From positions 59,191,280 to 59,233,503 of the forward strand of contig NC_068993.1 in assembly GCF_001194135.2 (NCBI RefSeq): a stretch of DNA of 42,224 nucleotides, written 5' to 3'. The stretch comes from Octopus bimaculoides (taxonomy: Eukaryota). This document shows, one piece after another, positions 35,129-42,224 of the stretch. Under the pieces are notes generated by a model that saw only the letters and a program-made list of their open reading frames with translations, was not told the origin of the DNA and searched no databases. The translations under genes were made by a program, and so were the position numbers. The stretch's first letter is position 1; each line of letters begins with the position of its first letter.

Positions 35129-36020
35129 GCGCCCAGATCTTTCCTGGGGAAAGGAGTCGTTTAGCGTGATTTCGATATCACATTCGTTGAAAGCATGCGA
35201 AATAATCTGGAAAAGAAACAAAAAAAAAACACGTAACAAAACGCCGGACTTCTTTCAGTTTCCACCTACCAAATCCATTGAGCGTTAAACAGATTAAATA
35301 AGAAAGAAATCCTTCCTTTGAATAAGATACTAACCCACCGCTGCCAACTTTTTAATAGAGTAAATTCAACAATATAAATCAACACACGTTACGTTTACTC
35401 TTACTGTTGCCAATTCACCGGAGACACAACCGTATTACTCTGTGGTGCCTGTGCTACATTTATCGGTCTGTGAGGACCTAAACTGCACTAAATAGTTGCT
35501 GTTGCGTCACACTTTGATACCTATTAACAACTAAATACAATTATCACACCGTGGTAAGTAGGTACTTTACCATCCTAAAGTAGCTACTGACAACGAAGTA
35601 CAAGTTCCACCGATTACGTTGGTTATTCTACCCAACAGTAAAGCAAAATAACAACGTTCTTTCCTACTTACAGCAAGATGAACTACATTATTCTACAGTA
35701 GATATCAAGTGATACAACTATCTAGTTCTGACTACATTTCATAAACCGATAAATCTGACACAGGCTCTACAGAGTAATGGAGTCGTGTTTCCGGTGGTGT
35801 TGCAATAGCAAGAATCTAAATTTGGCGCTTCAATCCATCGCTTCGGCATTCAGAGAGCAGAGCACTTGAGCTCGCCTACACCAATTTATTTTGCCCTCAG
35901 CTAATAAAGACGACCAACGATATAGTTCGGTTTATTTCACTCAAAAACTCTTTACGCGCAAATGATAAAATATAGCAGAAGAATCGATCGTTTCTACGAA
36001 ATATTTCTACACAAAAATAG

Positions 36021-36090
<70 letters not shown>

Positions 36091-36450
36091 ATATAGGCTA
36101 TAACCAGAATTAGGGAAATAATGAGCTGTAACCAATACAACTTCTTCAGCTACACTAAATCATTCAAGCTCTGCATTTACTACTATGTCAAACAAAAGAG
36201 TATATGGGAACAGTAATTCCTAGAATCGATAAACTTACAGGGTGTTATTTTTAGTAACACTTATCACAATGAATTAGAATATTAGTTCGAAACCGTTTTT
36301 GAATTTCATCATGTTAACATCAATCCTCTCAACAATACTTGCCGGGAATATACAGTTTATCTATCTATCTATCCATCTATCTATCCATCTATCTATTTTA
36401 TCTATGTATTCTTTTTCCTTATTGATCTCTTTCACATAACTACCTGTATG

Positions 36451-36519
<69 letters not shown>

Positions 36520-36694
36520 CATATACATACATATAACTATATATATATATGTATATCTATATACACACATACATATCAGTATATATATATATATATATAT
36601 ACATATATATATGAAAATACATACATATATATATATAAATATACATATATATAGAGAGAGAGGGAGAGAGAGGTTTCGAATGCGAGAGAAGAAG

Positions 36695-36747
<53 letters not shown>

Positions 36748-37424
36748 GTGTTATGTACACTCAATTATTTGTTAAGCAACAATGGTTGTTTAACAACATT
36801 GTAGTTGACAGTCAGATGAAATTAAATCCTAACTGCATGCATTGTGTTATTGCTTACAATGTGTATTTAGAACTACTGGATTTCGAACCCTTGCGCTCAT
36901 ACATTTGTGTTTAACCATCTCCATTTAATATCGAACCAATCTTTTCCGGATCACAAATATCAACGATGACTTGCAGTCTTGTTTTAAGTGAATGAGAAAG
37001 AAAACTCTCCTAGGCTAGGCCGCTGATCTGTTGGAGGTAGAGCTTTTTTTTTTTTAGTCTCATAAGAAATCGAACTCTATACTATAAGCTAACGAACGTC
37101 CACTCAGCTATTCTATACTGCCTGCAGGAATATATTACATTTCTTCCTGGTAAACATTTGTAACTCAATGGACTTGGCTATTGTGTGTTAAGTGTTTTGG
37201 TCTAGCATATGTTCAAGATTTGAGCTAAGAACGTTATGTTGCAAGATCACTGCCCAGTACGATTTGAACTGGTCATTTAACTGTTCGTTCAATAAGAAGC
37301 CGATTGAACCAGGAACTTTAAGGTCGCGTCTTTGACACTAAGACACATATACAAATAAAATTATATATATATATATATATATATACAAACACACACACAT
37401 ACATACGTACACATACACACACAC

Positions 37425-37469
<45 letters not shown>

Positions 37470-37864
37470 NNNNNNNNNNNNNNNNNNNNNNNNNNNNNNN
37501 NNNNNNNNNNNNNNNNNNNNNNNNNNNNNNNNNNNNNNNNNNNNNNNNNNNNNNNNNNNNNNNNNNNNNNNNNNNNNNNNNNNNNNNNNNNNNNNNNNNN
37601 NNNNNNNNNNNNNNNNNNNNNNNNNNNNNNNNNNNNNNNNNNNNNNNNNNNNNNNNNNNNNNNNNNNNNNNNNNNNNNNNNNNNNNNNNNNNNNNNNNNN
37701 NNNNNNNNNNNNNNNNNNNNNNNNNNNNNNNNNNNNNNNNNNNNNNNNNNNNNNNNNNNNNNNNNNNNNNNNNNNNNNNNNNNNNNNNNNNNNNNNNNNN
37801 NNNNNNNNNNNNNNNNNNNNNNNNNNNNNNNNNNNNNNNNNNNNNNNNNNNNNNNNNNNNNNNN

Positions 37865-37956
37865 TCAAAGATGATTGCAGTACGCACGTTTCATGCTACT
37901 CGCATTACTTAAATAAATGGAGTAGCATGAAACGTGTGTACTGCAATCATCTTTGA
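37865..37956. repeat. Fold-back inverted repeat, 37-bp stem (one G-T), 18-nt loop
   Basis: 37865-37901 is the reverse complement of 37920-37956 except 37884/37937; the left arm abuts an N gap and may be longer. Confidence 0.97.
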
Positions 37957-37976
37957 AATCCGTGTTGCTTATTTTG

Positions 37977-38016
<40 letters not shown>

Positions 38017-38375
38017 TCTGATAGGATAGGAAATCGGAAATAGATAGGTTGATAGGTAAACAGGATAGAAAGAAAATCCGTAATAAATTAATGTGCAATT
38101 ATTGTGTGGATATATAAACGTTCGATATACGAATGGAGTAATAACAATAAGAAACAAATGGATGAGTAAACTGTAAAATCTATAAAATGTAATAAAATGT
38201 CAAACAGAAGTCTTGTTGTTCCTTGTATGATTTTTATTGTTAATCCTAGAGCGCTTTCGTGTTATAACTTGTCCTCACATGGACTGATTTGTGTGGACAC
38301 GATAAATTGGAAGTCGGAAATACGGGATCACACACAACGTTATTGCTCGTAGAGACTAAATGTGTATTGCTGCTG

Positions 38376-38436
<61 letters not shown>

Positions 38437-39097
38437 NNNNNNNNNNNNNNNNNNNNNNNNNNNNNNNNNNNNNNNNNNNNNNNNNNNNNNNNNNNNNNNN
38501 NNNNNNNNNNNNNNNNNNNNNNNNNNNNNNNNNNNNNNNNNNNNNNNNNNNNNNNNNNNNNNNNNNNNNNNNNNNNNNNNNNNNNNNNNNNNNNNNNNNN
38601 NNNNNNNNNNNNNNNNNNNNNNNNNNNNNNNNNNNNNNNNNNNNNNNNNNNNNNNNNNNNNNNNNNNNNNNNNNNNNNNNNNNNNNNNNNNNNNNNNNNN
38701 NNNNNNNNNNNNNNNNNNNNNNNNNNNNNNNNNNNNNNNNNNNNNNNNNNNNNNNNNNNNNNNNNNNNNNNNNNNNNNNNNNNNNNNNNNNNNNNNNNNN
38801 NNNNNNNNNNNNNNNNNNNNNNNNNNNNNNNNNNNNNNNNNNNNNNNNNNNNNNNNNNNNNNNNNNNNNNNNNNNNNNNNNNNNNNNNNNNNNNNNNNNN
38901 NNNNNNNNNNNNNNNNNNNNNNNNNNNNNNNNNNNNNNNNNNNNNNNNNNNNNNNNNNTACATAAATACATAACTATGTATATCCATATTTACCGTCATG
39001 TTAGGCATAACTATCATGTTTATTCTAATACACTATATTTTCTTTCTTTCTTTCTTTCTTCTTCTTCTGTTTCTTCTTCTTCTTCTTCTTCTTCTTC

Positions 39098-39182
<85 letters not shown>

Positions 39183-40035
39183 CATCATCATCATCATCAT
39201 CAACAGATGCGTCCGGAATCGTTTCTCTAAGTTTTTACGTTGCCGATTATTCAAATTATTGATGTATATGAGCCGTGTAGCAATATCTAAAAAAAAATTA
39301 TTCGTAATCACATCGAAATATGGTTAGACATCGGGACATGAATGGTTATTTAAAACTCTTCCAAAATGCATCTCACATTCTTTTATCAAGTTGTCATATG
39401 TAAGGTTGGTGATATGTTGATCAATATACATGCAAGAACACGATATAGTTTCTTATTTTTGTATAATCCGTAAAACACACGAAAGCAAAAATAGAAGTAT
39501 CGTTAATGAATTATTTATGTCGGAGAATAATCAAATGCTTTTGATCTTTTTCTTTCGTCATGTGACAATCATTCAAGATATGGTAAACAGATTACGTAGG
39601 AAAACAACTGTTTTAATTTGCTGGTGGTTGGAAATTCCACTATGAAAATGCTTTTAAGAAATAACTCCCTGTCTAAAAGAAAACCAGTGAAAGATTGCAC
39701 GTGTTTAACGGCGTTTAAACCATACATAACTTTTAAAGATCATAATGATAATTTGCTAACCCCAAATTAAAATTTGGGGGCAAAATTGAAATAGGTAAGG
39801 TCAATAAAATAGTTTAGATTCTATCACATTTTTACATTTAGCAGGTTATTTTCCTTACATTACTGAATAATTGTTTACCATTATCAAATAGCTCAGTAGT
39901 ATATATAATGAGCAACTTTGAAAATTAAGAAAATGGGATAGAGTAGAGTTGTATCCTTCAATTTCGACATCGAAAGCAAAAATATTAGAAATCTGTAGAG
40001 ATATCAACCCAATTAATAAATAAAGACATTAACAT

Positions 40036-40423
40036 AGGCGTAGGAGTGACTGTGTGGTAAGTAGCTTGCTTACGAACCACATGGTCCCGGGATCAGTCCC
40101 ACTGCGTGGCACCTTGGGCAAGTGTCTTCTACTATAGCCTCGGGCCGACCAAAGCCTTGTGAGTGGATTTGGTAGACGGAAACTGAAAGAAACCCGTCGT
40201 ATATATGTATATACATATATATGTATATGTGTGTGTGTGTGTTTGTTCCCCCAACATCGCTTGACAACCGATGCTGTTGTGTTTACGTCCCCGTAACTTA
40301 GGCCGAGAGAATAAGTACTAGGCTTACAAAGAATAAGTCCTGGGGTCGATTTGCTCGACTAAAGGCGGTGCTCCAGCATGGCCACAGTCAAATAACTGAA
40401 ACAAGTAAAAGAGTAAAAGAGTA
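40036..40423 (+). mobile_element. Full-length tRNA/CORE-type SINE with internal (TA)n(TG)n microsatellite (family C)
   Basis: Head AGGCGTAGGAGTGACTGTGTGG, CORE-like GGCACCTTGGGCAAGTGTCTT, microsatellite 40200-40245, tail (GTAAAAGA)n. Confidence 0.9.
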
Positions 40424-40472
40424 TTATTTTGCTTGTGAGGAATTCTTTGCTATTTTACAATAATTCTGTCTT

Positions 40473-40612
40473 AATTTGGAATATTTTGATGCAGTGATGG
40501 GATCGTATGATGGAACCAAGGCTTCTGAATTGATTGGGATTATACAAACATGAACTATGTTAATATAAATTCTGACTGTCCTCCAATAATCTTTAAAACT
40601 ATGTTAGTAGAG
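40473..40612 (+). mobile_element. Penelope-like reverse transcriptase remnant, internally deleted
   Basis: FDAVMGSYDGTKASELIGII (40485-40544) matches the PLE RT motif FDVTMGSYDGAEVCELVG; YVNINSDCPPIIFK shortly after matches the PLE thumb motif (Y.N..SNHPP); the intervening YRDD region is absent. Confidence 0.75.
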
Positions 40613-40689
40613 AGATGAAACTGGTTGTCTACCGAGTAGTGGAGCAGAGTGCGATTTAGATGTGGTTTATTTAAAATAGTGGTGGGGGT

Positions 40690-41450
40690 GTTATTGTGGT
40701 TCTCGTTTAATCCACGGATTCGCTCGGATCCAGGCGAACTATGATTAAAAATGTTCCGGTTATGACCATGCTACCATATATTCAAATATAGTATATTCAT
40801 CCAGTATTTTTAAAACTATCGACTTAGCTGTTATTTCCAGCAGTTCAGGCGACCAATTGAAAGCTCACTTGCATTTGCTGCTACTTTGTGTTTGTCGTTG
40901 TTGCTGCTGTTATTGCATCTGCCAATGTTGTTGCTTTTGGTTTCAAGGCGTTACCGTTTAACCGCAGGTCAACTCTGGTCAAGTAGATCTACGATGAAGG
41001 GGATTCTAAACATGACTATCCAGTCTTTTTAGGTGTGCGTATGATTACATTATTCAGTATAACACTTCATTTACTAAAATGGCAGGGACTAATTTGTGGG
41101 ACATTTATCTGCTATTATCAGCTCATCGAGTGACCACATAAAGGCACGCCTGTTAGCTTGTATAGTGCCATTTATGTGAGAGATTGTTTATCGCGAGGGT
41201 GAAGTTGTTGTTGTTGTTATAGTCGTTGGTGCTGTTGTTGTTTTTGTTGTTTGGTACATGAGTACCTTGATCGACCAATCTTATGACCAAAAGACGTTGA
41301 AGTTTCAATCATTGCGTCCGATATTTTCAGGCATAGTGTACCTAGCGCTACATTATTTAATGTATCCTTTCTATGTCAATACAATGGGATATAATTTAAA
41401 GTAGATTTGGCTGCTATTTCTAACAGGTCATTCGATCACAGAGGCACCTT
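40690..41450 (-). mobile_element. Cluster of three family D copies (about 40690-40860, 40940-41155, 41215-41450)
   Basis: Repeated GATTTGGCTGCTATTTCTA, CTACATTAT and TATGA(T/C)CAAA motifs, preceded on the + strand by (GTT)n tracts. Confidence 0.7.
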
Positions 41451-41518
41451 CTGTTGCTTATCTGAGCGGTTGTTGTTTATAGGTTTATTTGACTGCCTCC
41501 GTTTACAAAAAAAGCAAG

Positions 41519-41618
41519 CTATTGGTAAATAAACGTCCATTGATCGTCAATAGAGTAACGCAAAAACGCAGGTTTAACTATAAAACTCAGTCAAGCTAAA
41601 AACCACAAAAGTGAAGCG
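41519..41618 (+). promoter_or_regulatory. Candidate promoter (CCAAT, TATA, Inr-like)
   Basis: ATTGG 41521-41525 (reverse CCAAT), TATAAAA 41579-41585, TCAGTC 41587-41592, upstream of an ATG and a donor. Motif evidence only. Confidence 0.3.
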
Positions 41619-41630
41619 ATGGCCGTGGTG
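41619..41630 (+). CDS. Candidate first coding segment M-A-V-V, phase-0 donor
   Basis: GAAGCG-ATG-GCC-GTG-GTG|GTAAGT: good Kozak context (-3 G, +4 G) and a consensus donor; no downstream exon within the window. Confidence 0.3.
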
Positions 41631-41811
41631 GTAAGTGAATAGAGAAGGCTATGGATACAGAGAAGGTAAATCGACTTGTATCGATTATCTATTGGAACAA
41701 TCAGACCTTCTCATACAACACTACTAAAACATTAAACACAGACATTCACACACCCATATTTTACACGAAGCCACAACCACAACAACAACATAATGATAAT
41801 AATAATGGTAA

Positions 41812-41867
<56 letters not shown>

Positions 41868-42187
41868 TAATAATAATAATACTAATGATAAAAATAATAA
41901 TAATTATAACAACGACGACGACGACGACGACGGTGACGATGATGATGACGATGATGATGAAAACAGGCAACAATAAAACAAATACACGAGTACGAAAAAA
42001 GATACTCGCAAAGGCTATGCACTATAGCGTTTATTTATTTAATTTTTTCTATTATATTATAATAATAAATATCCTTTATCTAAACCATGTTATTTAATAA
42101 TGTTTGTTCTTAATCTTGTTTATCCTTAGTTTTGTTTGTTTGTTTTTTACTTTGAGAACATTCGCCATTTTAAATACATCCATACAT

Positions 42188-42224
<37 letters not shown>

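Noticed and set aside
39760-39779. CCCCAAATT/AATTTGGGG hairpin
   Set aside because: Only 9 bp; no supporting context.

Overview
AT-rich, microsatellite-dense eukaryotic DNA from a draft assembly (12 N-gaps, about 4.3 kb or 10%). The repeat families look, from memory, like those of Octopus (coleoid cephalopod); this is an inference. No intact protein-coding gene, RNA gene or CRISPR array is recognisable. Nearly all ORFs in the supplied track are microsatellite or N-gap artefacts, and the protein-like ones are decayed retrotransposon pieces (L1/Tx1 x2, RTE, CR1/L2-like, Penelope RT). The window reads as intronic or intergenic DNA filled with tRNA-derived SINE families, a promoterless (AAC)n-tailed short retroposon, three MITEs (Tigger-, Mutator- and piggyBac-like) and degenerate tandem arrays. 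I cannot claim a new biological system. The best leads are: (1) Penelope-like remnants, namely one degenerate minimal hammerhead and two near-perfect 35-37 bp fold-back hairpins that both carry a hammerhead-like GAAAC-N4-GTA motif; (2) sparse splice and promoter signals of a long-intron host gene or genes: a TATA promoter with a nuclear-receptor site cluster at 346-602, a 51-nt + strand exon, a 16-nt - strand microexon, and a candidate promoter/first exon starting MAVV at 41.6 kb; (3) a 42-44 bp periodic GGATTA array and a 78-bp tandem array split by a piggyBac MITE; (4) module swapping among SINE families. Coordinates of degenerate repeats are approximate. Family names come from recall and need Dfam/Repbase confirmation.
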